This document shows, one piece after another, positions 18,628 to 28,191 of a DNA stretch of 64,000 nt. The stretch covers positions 1 to 64,000 of IMG/VR virus record IMGVR_UViG_3300019458_000020. The stretch is one strand, 5' to 3'. The number at the start of each line of letters is the position of its first letter. The first letter of the stretch is position 1. A program made the translations under genes and the position numbers. Under the pieces are notes generated by a model. The model was not told the origin of the DNA, did no database searches, and saw only the letters and a list, made by a program, of their open reading frames with translations.

Positions 18628-18656
18628 ACTATTCCATACTTTTTATACAATGTCAA
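18628..18656 (-). promoter_or_regulatory. Sigma70-type promoter (weaker -10)
   Basis: TTGACA-17 nt-AATAGT directly after a terminator. Confidence 0.5.
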
Positions 18657-18688
18657 GAAAGAAAAAACGTGTTGTGAACCAACACGTT
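18657..18688 (-). terminator. Rho-independent terminator
   Basis: AACGTGTTG/CAACACGTT stem with a 5-nt loop, followed by a U-rich tract on the minus strand. Confidence 0.7.
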
Positions 18689-18705
18689 CTATATTAGAAA
18701 GCGAA

Positions 18706-19209
18706 TTAAGCTACCGGTGCAGTAGGGGCCGGTGGTGTTGCGGCTGCCGGTGCTGGTGTAGGTTCACCCGTAGGAATGGTATCGGATTCGTAACGAGCCA
18801 TTCTCTCAAGAATATTTTCAAGTTTTTCATATTCAGGAAACTCTGAAAATCTCGATTGAATTCCTTCTCCATTGTTTGCATTTTTTACTGTTCTAACAAA
18901 AATAACAGGCATCGTATGAGACGGAGAAAAATAAACACTTTCTACTACATCAATATCATTATCCGTAATATAATGTCTCGTGTATGCATGATGATTGGCA
19001 TCCCATTTGAATCCGAATAATTCCAATGAATCTAAGTGGAGTTGTTCTGTAGCCTGCTGACCATCGACGATTTGGGGGACAGGGAATTTCATTTTCATAA
19101 ATCCCAATTCCTTCAACGTCTCAATTTGGTCTTCGGTAAAAGCATCCATTCCTTTCAATACTTCACGAATGGTTTCTTTTATTAATGCTTTAATCTCATG
19201 TTTTTTCAT
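18706..19209 (-). CDS. Hypothetical protein with shared helical leader (putative internal head protein)
   Basis: N-terminus MKKHEIKALIKETIREVL. Confidence 0.65.
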   Translation of the reverse strand: MKKHEIKALIKETIREVLKGMDAFTEDQIETLKELGFMKMKFPVPQIVDGQQATEQLHLDSLELFGFKWDANHHAYTRHYITDNDIDVVESVYFSPSHTMPVIFVRTVKNANNGEGIQSRFSEFPEYEKLENILERMARYESDTIPTGEPTPAPAAATPPAPTAPVA

Positions 19210-19210
19210 A

Positions 19211-19477
19211 TTATTTCTTGAATCCTAATCCGGCCACGTCACCTATTCCAGCTATGAATTTTCCGATCTTATCACTCCAATTAGCATTTCGTGCAGACCT
19301 CCATCCGTGTTTAAATCCAGCTTTAAATTCTTCAGACATGTGTGAATAGTCTCCGGCTTCTCCCTTTAGATGGTCGTTCATTCCTTGTCTAAATCCTTTT
19401 TTGTATTCGTTGGATTTTCCAGATAAATCAGTAGTAATTATCTCTTTAATGACTTGTTTAAGTTCATCCCTCTTCAT
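19211..19477 (-). CDS. Hypothetical protein with shared helical leader
   Basis: N-terminus MKRDELKQVIKEII; two Y/F-x-x-G-F-x-x-G repeats. Confidence 0.65.
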   Translation of the reverse strand: MKRDELKQVIKEIITTDLSGKSNEYKKGFRQGMNDHLKGEAGDYSHMSEEFKAGFKHGWRSARNANWSDKIGKFIAGIGDVAGLGFKK

Positions 19478-19481
19478 ATCA

Positions 19482-20270
19482 TTATTTTAATTTAGGTGTT
19501 TTCTTAGGATTTACTACCAATTTTTTATCAACCTTATGTTTCAGAGGCTTGACTTTGTTCTCAGTTTCCTTGAAATCTCTTTGGTGCTTGATATCCTTTT
19601 CATCTACCGTTTTCATTGGTTGATTTGGCTGGTCTTCATCCTTTTTGACTGCCTTCTCATTGTAATCTTTTTCATCGTTTTTGGTGTCGCCGACTTCTTT
19701 TCTTTTTGGCTTATTATGTTGTGGCAAATCACTCTTGTCTGATTTATCTTCCAAATGGTTCATCGCCTTTTCTCTTGCTTGGTCCACCTTCGTATCCTCT
19801 ACATCTTGGAAATTAGCTTTTACAAAATTCTTTACTTGTTCCCACGTCAAGGCTATGGCACGAACTCGGTCATCGAGATTTACCATTGCTTCAATGTTGA
19901 ACATGTCTTCGGCAGTTTGAGAAATACGAACACGGAGTAGCGGCTTTGCATCTACATTTAAATCGTTATGGTCATCCCAATAAACCAAAAAATCTTTATC
20001 AATTTCTTTTACAATTTTACTAAGTTGATCCATCATTTCGGCTCTAGTTGCATCCAATCGTTCGTTACCCGTTTTCTTATATCCCTTATCGATGGTTTCT
20101 TTTTCTTCTTTGGTTGGTTCGGGTTTTGTTACGTTGGTTATTTCAGATAAAACCTTCTTGACAATTTTTCGTAACGACTCCTTGACAACTTGTTTTTTAG
20201 ACGTGGCTCTCTCGGTTAGGACTTCATCCCAAGATTCTCTTACAAGTTTTTTTAATTGGTCTTTATTCAT
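19482..20270 (-). CDS. Hypothetical charged protein with two leader-like helices
   Basis: MNKDQLKKLVRESWDEVLTE and VKESLRKIVKKVLSE; K/D/E-rich tail. Confidence 0.7.
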   Translation of the reverse strand: MNKDQLKKLVRESWDEVLTERATSKKQVVKESLRKIVKKVLSEITNVTKPEPTKEEKETIDKGYKKTGNERLDATRAEMMDQLSKIVKEIDKDFLVYWDDHNDLNVDAKPLLRVRISQTAEDMFNIEAMVNLDDRVRAIALTWEQVKNFVKANFQDVEDTKVDQAREKAMNHLEDKSDKSDLPQHNKPKRKEVGDTKNDEKDYNEKAVKKDEDQPNQPMKTVDEKDIKHQRDFKETENKVKPLKHKVDKKLVVNPKKTPKLK

Positions 20271-20288
20271 ATTTATCTCCGATATGAG

Positions 20289-20296
20289 TATAAATA
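20289..20296 (-). promoter_or_regulatory. TATTTATA putative late promoter
   Basis: 18 nt upstream of ATG 20270. Confidence 0.6.
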
Positions 20297-20304
20297 TTAC
20301 AAAG

Positions 20305-21078
20305 TCAACTAAAAAACGGATTTTCGGTCTTATTATCGACTTTGATTTCCTCTATTTGTTCCTTATAGATAGTATCTTTTGGATAGGGTAAAAATGGGTG
20401 TTTTAGATTGGCTAATATTTTCTTCTTTTCGACCTTATTTCCCAATAAATACACATATCGATGTTTGGTGGATTCTTTTTTCCTCCAGAACGTTTTACCG
20501 ATGGTCTTTTTCAAATGTTCTACGTTATGAGAACCATAAGTGGAAAAGGCGGTTCTTGAATGCATCCATTTATACGGTGGCCCGATTTCTGAAATAGAAT
20601 AATTAGGCATTAAAGCTAATGAAGAATTCCCTTGATAGTAAAATCCTGAAGCCTGATAGATGGTTCCTCTGTGACCTTGTTCATTATCAGCATAACTTAT
20701 TACGGCTTTAACGTTAGGAAGATGCTTTGTCAACATCGATAAAGTCTTTGATATACAATAACTTTCTATATTTTTGCCGTATCCATCATAAATGACTAAT
20801 CGGGTTAATTCCGTAACTTGTTCCAAGGTTATGAGTGGAGATATAGATTCGGCTGCACTTCTTCCAACCGGGCCGCCGTAGATGACTGTTCCGATTAATT
20901 TTTCCTCATTGCCTTCAATGAATTGGGAGGGAGTTTTTGTATTAATGAAGATACCAAAAGCCACATCACATAGGGTCCATTTGTGACTATAATGATTTTT
21001 TTCGACAAATGATTTACCTATATCTTTAGGAATTACCCGTATTGACACGAGTGATGTATCGACATAACCTTCTTCCAT
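20305..21078 (-). CDS. Mom-family adenine-modification-like GNAT protein
   Basis: FVEKNHYSH, LIG..IYG.P, ELTRL, ESYCISK, VISYAD..QGHRGTIYQASGF.Y.G, KHRYVY. Confidence 0.85.
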   Translation of the reverse strand: MEEGYVDTSLVSIRVIPKDIGKSFVEKNHYSHKWTLCDVAFGIFINTKTPSQFIEGNEEKLIGTVIYGGPVGRSAAESISPLITLEQVTELTRLVIYDGYGKNIESYCISKTLSMLTKHLPNVKAVISYADNEQGHRGTIYQASGFYYQGNSSLALMPNYSISEIGPPYKWMHSRTAFSTYGSHNVEHLKKTIGKTFWRKKESTKHRYVYLLGNKVEKKKILANLKHPFLPYPKDTIYKEQIEEIKVDNKTENPFFS

Positions 21079-21092
21079 AACTTCTTTTAAAG

Positions 21093-21389
21093 TTACACCA
21101 GTTTGGATTCCAACAAAAGATTTTTTAATTCGGTTTCGTTTTTATATATTACCAGCTTAATGTGAGGGTGGACGCTTTGGATATAATTCTTTAAAAACGT
21201 TGTTAGTGAAACCGACCCGTTCTGATGAATGAATCCTATACTACATGCATCTACTTTACCCATATTTACATCCAACAAAAAACTTTTATAGTCGTTATAT
21301 GCATTTGTTACACATTTAACAGAGGATATTGTTGATTTTACATTGTTTTTTTCGTCGAAGATGAAAGCTTTTAATTTTGGAGTATTCAT
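21093..21389 (-). CDS. Hypothetical protein
   Basis: 98-aa ORF in the operon. Confidence 0.55.
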   Translation of the reverse strand: MNTPKLKAFIFDEKNNVKSTISSVKCVTNAYNDYKSFLLDVNMGKVDACSIGFIHQNGSVSLTTFLKNYIQSVHPHIKLVIYKNETELKNLLLESKLV

Positions 21390-21394
21390 TGTTG

Positions 21395-21763
21395 TTACTT
21401 GTTTTCCAACTCGGAAATCCGGGTTTTTTGACGAAGAATTTCTTCTTCATTGATAGAGTTTTGTTTGTTAAGGAGAGTGATTTCTCCCTCACAACGTTCC
21501 AATAACTCTTTAGTATGAGTGAGTTCAATAGTCATCGACTCAATTTTTTTCTTATACTCCGAAACTTCTTCTTGAGACTTTTCTAGTTCTTCCCAAATTT
21601 CCTTCCTCATTTGAGCTTCCGCATTAGTCACCGACTCTATTGCTCTTACCTGCATATCCGTCATTAGTTTCATCTGTTGTAATCTAACTCGTTTATTAGC
21701 AATAAAATACGTAACAATCATTGTTATTAGAGCCGGTATAATCGTTGCTAATAATTCCATCAT
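21395..21763 (-). CDS. Membrane-anchored coiled-coil protein
   Basis: N-terminal TM helix and long E/K coiled coil; late motif upstream. Confidence 0.6.
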   Translation of the reverse strand: MMELLATIIPALITMIVTYFIANKRVRLQQMKLMTDMQVRAIESVTNAEAQMRKEIWEELEKSQEEVSEYKKKIESMTIELTHTKELLERCEGEITLLNKQNSINEEEILRQKTRISELENK

Positions 21764-21796
21764 ATAAGAAATCGCCCACCTTATGTGGACTCATAT

Positions 21797-21804
21797 TATA
21801 AATA
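21797..21804 (-). promoter_or_regulatory. TATTTATA putative late promoter
   Basis: 33 nt upstream of ATG 21763. Confidence 0.55.
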
Positions 21805-21833
21805 TGATTGGGTTTTTCTAAAACTATAAAGAA

Positions 21834-24800
21834 TTAAGATTTTGGTTTGATTTCGCAAACATCATTGCTGCAAAACCTTTCTACGTCCGCTTCTTCGTGT
21901 TTTATTCCTTTAAACCTCACAGGTTTTAATTTAGAGGATAGTTCATCGTAAGTTTCAATAGAAATGGTTTCGTAGGGCATCTGTTCGTATGCACCCTTTT
22001 CTGTAATAGGCAAAAATGAAATACCTTTTAGTTGATATTGATAGAAATTTAAAAGATGTTTGATTTGGTTCGCTTCATCCTTTCTAAAAGAAATGGTACA
22101 TGAAACTTGATTGTCTGCCCAATATCTTTGTAAGAACGCTGCCAGTGCAGCTTGTTCCCATATACTTACATCTTTAACTGGTCTTAGATTATCACCAATC
22201 TTGACAGGAATTTCTACAACAACAGTGGTATCTTCCGACCCCTTACAATCTTCGATGTGATATCCGGCTTCTTTTAATGGTCCAACTAAATCACTATATT
22301 TTGAAAGTCGCATTCTCCTTATGTAACAAACATTTTCTGGAAAATGAACGCCGGGGGTCGCACCGGCGACCAAACTCACCGTTCCACTTGGTTTGATAGA
22401 AGTCTTCTTTATACTTTTTGGTATGGCTAACCAATCGGAATATACTTCATCATAATACTCAATTTTTTTGTATCCCTTTTCGCACCATGTTTTAAATTCG
22501 TCTATTCCACGGTTAGCTAAAAATTGAACTATACCACTCATACTACAACCTATTCTTCTATTTCTTAACATTACTCTATTAGTTTCCGGCCAATGAGTTT
22601 GACCCAACGTCACTGTCTTGGCATACAAATATGCATATTTAAGTGTAACGAGAAAATCATCAAGATTTTCATGATTATTTGGGAATGTTTCAACTAAGCA
22701 GCATAATTCATAGCTTTCCAATGATTGTTCGAGACAATTGATTATTATAATCCCATCTACTTGATTATCAGAAACTTGTGTAATAATTGAATAATTATAA
22801 TTATCATCTACTGTAATGTTATATACATCTTCTTTTTCTGATAAAAATGTCACCGATTTAACTCGATGATTGTATCCTTTTTCTTTTTCAATTAATTCTT
22901 TGTAGCTTTTTAGAACGTAAGGATTTTCGGTTTTAAGAGATTCTGGATTTCTTATTCTAAAAGAAATTTTTCTATTTCGGCATTCTCTTTCCCATTCTTT
23001 CTTTAAAGGATTCCTATCCAAAGATTGTTTCAAGTCTTTGAATATCATAATTTGTTGATGTAATGTGTCTCTTTGTTTATTCTCAAAGTGGATCTTCTGC
23101 CCCTCTTTTCTAAATTTGATTTGTCCTTCGTGTTTATTTTGACATGAATGTGAACAAAATACAACATGGCGACTTCCCCAAGATACTATCATTTCATCAT
23201 TACATGTAATACATTTCTTCTTTGCAAACATTCGTTCGTTTACCCAAACTGTTTCTAAATCTGTCTTTTTTGATTGTTCTATATAGTATTCTTTATCCCA
23301 TTCTTTTTTATTTTTTTTCATTTTTGATGAATATAGTTCTCTACATTCGTCAGTATGAGAATTGGACAATCTTTTTAAATACTCTACATCTTTGCATCTT
23401 TCTTTCGTTTTTTCTCCAATTAATTTTTTCGATTCTTCCGTATGTTGTCTTCCAAACATAGGATTGTTTTCTCCTTGATTATCGTGGTCAGCATGAAATT
23501 TACAATGATCCTTAAATGTCATTAATTCTAGGTTATCTATAGAATTATTTAATCCATTATAATCTTTGTGATGAACAACTATTCCACCTTTACACCACCC
23601 ATTTGATTTCGATTCATTATATAGTTCGTTCCATTTTTCTGGATTGTGAAATTTAACAATTAAACGATGTTCCATTTCTCTTTTCCTTTTTACATCATTT
23701 GTATCCATGCTTACAATATAATATTTATTAGGATTATCCTTAAACATCTTTTCTTTTCTTTTTTGAAATCTTGGAAGAGAGTCTCCAATTTTTAAATCTT
23801 TAGCACGACACGTTTCTCCATTTAATAAAATCATTTTGTGGTCTGGAGTGACTCTTAATTTTCCTCCTTCTTCAAATTCTATTTCTACCAATTCTGCATT
23901 TTCTCTAGTCTTTCTTGGATTTCTTCCCCACTTTATTTCTACCATTCCACTTTTATTCATAGAATATACTGCAACATCATTTCCTTCTTCTGCTAATTCT
24001 TTTATAGAAACTGCATTTCTTCCGTCTGCAACTGCAATGAGAGTGTCTCCGGTTAAACAAGGATTACCCCCTTCAACCCGATGGTCTTTGTGGTCCATTC
24101 CATTATTCATCCTTGAATATCCTTTCATATTTTCCAACCAAGCATATCCCGGCTCACCATTTACTTTAGTTCTCTCGGCAGCATTGGAATAATCCATTCC
24201 CAAATCACAAAAGATAGAATTGTTTGATGTCCATCCATATTCAGACCGATGTGGATTCTTTTTATAATTTTTTAAATCCAAATATTCTTCTGAGTTGTAG
24301 TCACCAAATACAATTTCAGCCGTTCTTCTTACATTTCCAGCAACAACACACTTTCCAATAAGATTCATAACATCAACAATAGTAGTTGTTGTTATTAGGT
24401 GTCCTACATTTTTATCAAAAATTACACGAAGGGTTTTATGAAGTTCAATCAAGGGTTGAGAACCGGATGAAACACCACCGAACCCTTTAATTGGTTCGCC
24501 CGCGGCTCTTATTAATGAATAATCGAAATGAACTTCCTTGGTTTCAAGTAGATAGGATTCGATTAAAAGTTTTGTTGATTCGACCCAACCCTCTCTCGTA
24601 TCAGCAATTTTATAAATATTGTCGGGTGATGGGCTTGGTTTCCCTACTTTAATTTTCCCTGACCCTTTACAATCAAATCCAACACCAACACCCAACATTG
24701 ACATATCCATCAAAAAACAGAATGATTTTGACACATCCTCTTTTATGGTTGAGGTCGAAACGAATGCACAGTTATTTAGTGCGGCATATAAATGTCTTTC

Positions 24801-25133
24801 TTCGGTTATGGGGCTTCCCATCGACCACAATCCTCTTCCGGGAGGAAGAAATTTCATATTGAACATTCTATCATACATCTCTTGGGCAGATTTTTGAGCC
24901 TTTATTGAATTCCATCCAAGTTTATGTTGTTCAATCCATACCTTTTGCATGTTGAACGTTCCTTCTACTACTCGTTGAATTGTTTCCCACCATCTTTCAT
25001 TATCTCCATTGGCTTTCAAACGGGAGTATGTTCTTAAATAAACTAATGCACCTAGTCCATTGAATCCGAACGGTGGTTTTTGTCTTTTATATTTATCGAG
25101 GAAGCTATCAGTCAGCCGAAATTTACCATTCAT
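21834..25133 (-). CDS. nrdJ: Class II (adenosylcobalamin-dependent, RTPR-type) ribonucleotide reductase, intein-containing
   Basis: RTYSR, PPGRGLW, LNNCAF, GVGVGF, VVAGNVRRTA, GEPG, NP[intein]CLEQSL, TSIKPSGTVS, DNQVSCT, C-terminal CSNDVC. Confidence 0.95.
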   Translation of the reverse strand: MNGKFRLTDSFLDKYKRQKPPFGFNGLGALVYLRTYSRLKANGDNERWWETIQRVVEGTFNMQKVWIEQHKLGWNSIKAQKSAQEMYDRMFNMKFLPPGRGLWSMGSPITEERHLYAALNNCAFVSTSTIKEDVSKSFCFLMDMSMLGVGVGFDCKGSGKIKVGKPSPSPDNIYKIADTREGWVESTKLLIESYLLETKEVHFDYSLIRAAGEPIKGFGGVSSGSQPLIELHKTLRVIFDKNVGHLITTTTIVDVMNLIGKCVVAGNVRRTAEIVFGDYNSEEYLDLKNYKKNPHRSEYGWTSNNSIFCDLGMDYSNAAERTKVNGEPGYAWLENMKGYSRMNNGMDHKDHRVEGGNPCLTGDTLIAVADGRNAVSIKELAEEGNDVAVYSMNKSGMVEIKWGRNPRKTRENAELVEIEFEEGGKLRVTPDHKMILLNGETCRAKDLKIGDSLPRFQKRKEKMFKDNPNKYYIVSMDTNDVKRKREMEHRLIVKFHNPEKWNELYNESKSNGWCKGGIVVHHKDYNGLNNSIDNLELMTFKDHCKFHADHDNQGENNPMFGRQHTEESKKLIGEKTKERCKDVEYLKRLSNSHTDECRELYSSKMKKNKKEWDKEYYIEQSKKTDLETVWVNERMFAKKKCITCNDEMIVSWGSRHVVFCSHSCQNKHEGQIKFRKEGQKIHFENKQRDTLHQQIMIFKDLKQSLDRNPLKKEWERECRNRKISFRIRNPESLKTENPYVLKSYKELIEKEKGYNHRVKSVTFLSEKEDVYNITVDDNYNYSIITQVSDNQVDGIIIINCLEQSLESYELCCLVETFPNNHENLDDFLVTLKYAYLYAKTVTLGQTHWPETNRVMLRNRRIGCSMSGIVQFLANRGIDEFKTWCEKGYKKIEYYDEVYSDWLAIPKSIKKTSIKPSGTVSLVAGATPGVHFPENVCYIRRMRLSKYSDLVGPLKEAGYHIEDCKGSEDTTVVVEIPVKIGDNLRPVKDVSIWEQAALAAFLQRYWADNQVSCTISFRKDEANQIKHLLNFYQYQLKGISFLPITEKGAYEQMPYETISIETYDELSSKLKPVRFKGIKHEEADVERFCSNDVCEIKPKS
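22737..24059 (-). mobile_element. Intein (441 aa) with HNH endonuclease, NUMOD3 and zinc finger
   Basis: Starts CLTGDTLI after GGNP; block B VTPDH; HNH EHRL..VHHKDYNGLNNSIDNL; GENNPMFGRQHTEESK; block F DVYNITV; ends IIIIN before +1 Cys. Confidence 0.93.
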
Positions 25134-25260
25134 AATTATTCATCTTTTCAATTTTTAATTCAGTATTGACTAATAATTATTTTGCTAAATACAATTAGTT
25201 CAAGAAATTATTTATTACCAAAAAATATTTATTGGCGTTTACTTTTTCTGAAAAGTACTA

Positions 25261-26673
25261 TCAGTTGAAATCATCATCGCTAGGAATTTCTGCTTCGTCT
25301 AACGACTTATTTTTCTTAATTTTATTCCACTGGTCCCTAAGAACATTTTTAACTGTATCTTCGGCACTGCTCATCTTTTGTTGAACTTCGATTCCTTCTC
25401 TCGTAGCGGGGTCAAACACTTGAATGTTTCCGTTAGATGAATCAAATATTGTTGGGAATGTCAAACCATCGGCACCGAAACGATTCTTCATTATATGAAT
25501 TCTTGCCGTCCCGGAGGCTTTGTCTTCCATTTTTCTTGATAAAGATAAAATTAAATCTCCGGTCATAATTTTTCTATAAGAATCGGCTACATTATGAGCT
25601 TGGATGACATCTTCTTCATGTGAAGAACGATTAGATTGAGATGCCGTCCAAATAGGAATCTGAAGTTCACCGGCAACGGCACGGAGTTCTTCATAGACAC
25701 TACCGGCTTCAGAATATGAGTTAGAATTCCTTTCAGCTGTCATTGGTCTTAATAAGTCCGCATAATCTACAACAGCCATATCAATTTTTTCTCCGGTTAA
25801 CATTTGAATCCTCTCAATGTGAGTCTTTAAATTATGAGGAGCAATGGTTTTCATTGGAAAATACTTAATAAAAAGTTTTCCAGTAACCTCGGCAATCTTT
25901 TTCTTAACTACATCAACATTCTTTCTTATACTTTGAAAGTCAATTCCTGTGAAGCAGGCATCATATCTTAATCCGACATAATTTTCATTTAATTCCAAGG
26001 TAAAGTGAACAACGTTTTTACCTTTCTTCATTGCCTCGGCACCTAATCTAGCCAATACCCATGATTTACCCGAACCAGCAGGAGCCACTATAAATGCTAA
26101 TTCACCCTTAGCCAAACCACCATCACAAACTTGGTCTATAATATCCCATCCAGTTGGAACTGTGTCTCTAGCCATTTCACTCATACGCTTTTCAACGTCT
26201 TCAAAATAAACGTGGCCCAGATTTCTTTCGGTTCCAGCCTTCAAGGCTTCATCAACGACGACTTTTATGTTTTCGTATTGTCCCTGTTTTAAATAATCCA
26301 CCGAATTAAGAATAGCGTTTTTCAATTTTTGATTTTTGCAAAATTCCAAAAAGGTTTCTTTTACAAACTTTAAATCAGTATCGTTTATCTTACTATAAAC
26401 CAACTTCAACTGGTCTATTGCTGACCGTTTTAATACTTCATTCTCTATTGAATCGGATTTTATTTTGAATACGTTAAGTGTAGGAATGTCTTTGTATTGC
26501 ACAAAATATTCCTTCGTGGTTTCAACTATCCATTTATTTGCATCGGTTTCCCAATATTCTACATTGAGAATGTCGAAAATTCGTTCCAAAAATAATCGGT
26601 CTGAAGTCAATGCTGTTACGCATTTGGTTTGAAATTCCTGTCCAAATTTCTTGAGATTATCTATTTCTGCCAT
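25261..26673 (-). CDS. Replicative DNA helicase (DnaB/T4 gp41-like)
   Basis: PTGW..ID....GGL..GEL, APAGSGKS, FTLE, VVDYADLL, WTASQSNR, KNRFG. Confidence 0.93.
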   Translation of the reverse strand: MAEIDNLKKFGQEFQTKCVTALTSDRLFLERIFDILNVEYWETDANKWIVETTKEYFVQYKDIPTLNVFKIKSDSIENEVLKRSAIDQLKLVYSKINDTDLKFVKETFLEFCKNQKLKNAILNSVDYLKQGQYENIKVVVDEALKAGTERNLGHVYFEDVEKRMSEMARDTVPTGWDIIDQVCDGGLAKGELAFIVAPAGSGKSWVLARLGAEAMKKGKNVVHFTLELNENYVGLRYDACFTGIDFQSIRKNVDVVKKKIAEVTGKLFIKYFPMKTIAPHNLKTHIERIQMLTGEKIDMAVVDYADLLRPMTAERNSNSYSEAGSVYEELRAVAGELQIPIWTASQSNRSSHEEDVIQAHNVADSYRKIMTGDLILSLSRKMEDKASGTARIHIMKNRFGADGLTFPTIFDSSNGNIQVFDPATREGIEVQQKMSSAEDTVKNVLRDQWNKIKKNKSLDEAEIPSDDDFN

Positions 26674-26892
26674 ACTTTATTCTTTCTATGTTATTGATGT
26701 ACTGTATCATCCGTACCTTTGGTGTAAACTTAAAATAACCTCGGATGATGAGGATATTGATTTGTATTATGTAGAAGTACTTTTTACATAAATGTCCCTG
26801 TAATTTTATTTTGACTTTTTTGTTTTTGATGATACTTATATTATGAAATCGCCTGTAGAGGCGCTCAACAATTAAAAGAAAGAGATAAGATT

Positions 26893-27771
26893 ATGAACTA
26901 TCCAGATATTAACATTCTAGTCAACGGCAACCGTTGCAAATTCTATTACCACGAAGGAAAAACATACATTGAGGCTAAACATGGCTCTGAGTATGAAATT
27001 GAAATTAAAAATACCGGCTGGGGTCGTATAGAAGCTGTGTGTTCCGTTGATGGACTTTCCGTAATGACCGGAAAAAGTGCGGACGAAAAAGAAAATGGAT
27101 ACGTAATTGACGCGTATCATCCTCTAAGAATCAAGGGATTTAGATATTCTAATGACCATGTAGGTTCTTTTAAATTCGAGTTAAAGGAAAATTCCTACGC
27201 AGCTTCTAAAGGAAAGAAAGCCAAAAGAAATTGTGGTGTAATTGGAATTCGTTTGTTTGAAGAAGAACAGGAGCCTGTTCTTCTTCCGACTGTATGGATA
27301 AATCACATTTATCATCATGATGATTTTAATCCAAAACCATATACAAAACCTTATAAACCATATTGGGATGACAATATTACATGGTGTGGAACGAATTCTT
27401 TGGGTGGAAATTTTAGTACAACTCATGAAATAAACCTATCAGGATTAAATTCATCGGTATCTACAAAAGGTTTGTCAGTACAGCCTATGAAATCTTGTTA
27501 TGATGCTAATGTTCTTCGTTCGGTTGAACAAAAAGCAAAAAAACAACCAAAGGGATTTGATATGGGTACAGCATGGGGGTCTAAAAAGGAAAGCAAGGTT
27601 GTCACGGTATCATTCAACCGTGGCTCTATGGGATTCTCTACGGATATCTATTATGCAAGTCGAGACTCATTGATTGAAATGGGGGTGCCTATTGAAAATC
27701 ATACAAAAGTCGTGGCACCAAAAAGTTTTCCTGGTGGATATGCCCAACCGCCTAAAGGATGGAACGGATAA
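26893..27771 (+). CDS. Conserved hypothetical protein
   Basis: 292-aa ORF (SVDGLSV..G, GVIG.RLFEE, MGTAWG) with its own terminator. Confidence 0.75.
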   Translation: MNYPDINILVNGNRCKFYYHEGKTYIEAKHGSEYEIEIKNTGWGRIEAVCSVDGLSVMTGKSADEKENGYVIDAYHPLRIKGFRYSNDHVGSFKFELKENSYAASKGKKAKRNCGVIGIRLFEEEQEPVLLPTVWINHIYHHDDFNPKPYTKPYKPYWDDNITWCGTNSLGGNFSTTHEINLSGLNSSVSTKGLSVQPMKSCYDANVLRSVEQKAKKQPKGFDMGTAWGSKKESKVVTVSFNRGSMGFSTDIYYASRDSLIEMGVPIENHTKVVAPKSFPGGYAQPPKGWNG

Positions 27772-27787
27772 CTAAGTTACAAAATAC

Positions 27788-27817
27788 AAAAGCCTCCGGA
27801 TTTCTCCGGAGGCTTTT
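27788..27817. terminator. Bidirectional Rho-independent terminator
   Basis: AAAAGCCTCCGGA-TTTC-TCCGGAGGCTTTT between convergent genes. Confidence 0.9.
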
Positions 27818-28003
27818 TTAGTCTTCATAAAGTGGTCCCCATTCACCTGGCTCTATTTTTTGATAGGCAATTATTCTTTTTACGACTTTTGGTTTTAGAG
27901 AGTCTTCTTTTTTTGCTTCCTGCATCTCTCCGAATTTTTCCATCCTTTGTTGACCTTTTTTATCGGCTTCTTTTTCTTTGTCGGTCTTTTTTCTTCTGGG
28001 CAT
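27818..28003 (-). CDS. Small basic hypothetical protein
   Basis: 61 aa; ends exactly at the terminator. Confidence 0.5.
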   Translation of the reverse strand: MPRRKKTDKEKEADKKGQQRMEKFGEMQEAKKEDSLKPKVVKRIIAYQKIEPGEWGPLYED

Positions 28004-28191
28004 GATATCACCACCGTTTCATACAGTTCTTTGTTCAACTCCGTTTCGAGGTATCTCTTCAATAATTTTTCAGTTTTTGGATTGACTTCAACGTGAAGTT
28101 TTTGTTCTAATTCACACGTCCATTTACCCTTTAGTTTTTTTCCCCGTTTGGTTATAGGAGCAGAAACAAATTGAAAAGTAATAGTTTTCAT
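27895..28191 (-). CDS. Hypothetical protein
   Basis: ATG 28191 overlaps the exonuclease stop (ATGA); overlaps the next ORF by 109 nt. Confidence 0.45.
   Translation of the reverse strand: MKTITFQFVSAPITKRGKKLKGKWTCELEQKLHVEVNPKTEKLLKRYLETELNKELYETVVISCPEEKRPTKKKKPIKKVNKGWKNSERCRKQKKKTL

Noticed and set aside
21316-21528. Alternative-frame ORF, and the many short antisense ORFs in the track (e.g. 16622..17050, 45295..45747, 55250..55705)
   Set aside because: They lie within or opposite well-supported genes, have no motifs or expression signals, and look like shadow ORFs.
25134-25260. Cobalamin riboswitch upstream of nrdJ
   Set aside because: The region is short and very AT-rich, with no B12-box or other conserved elements.
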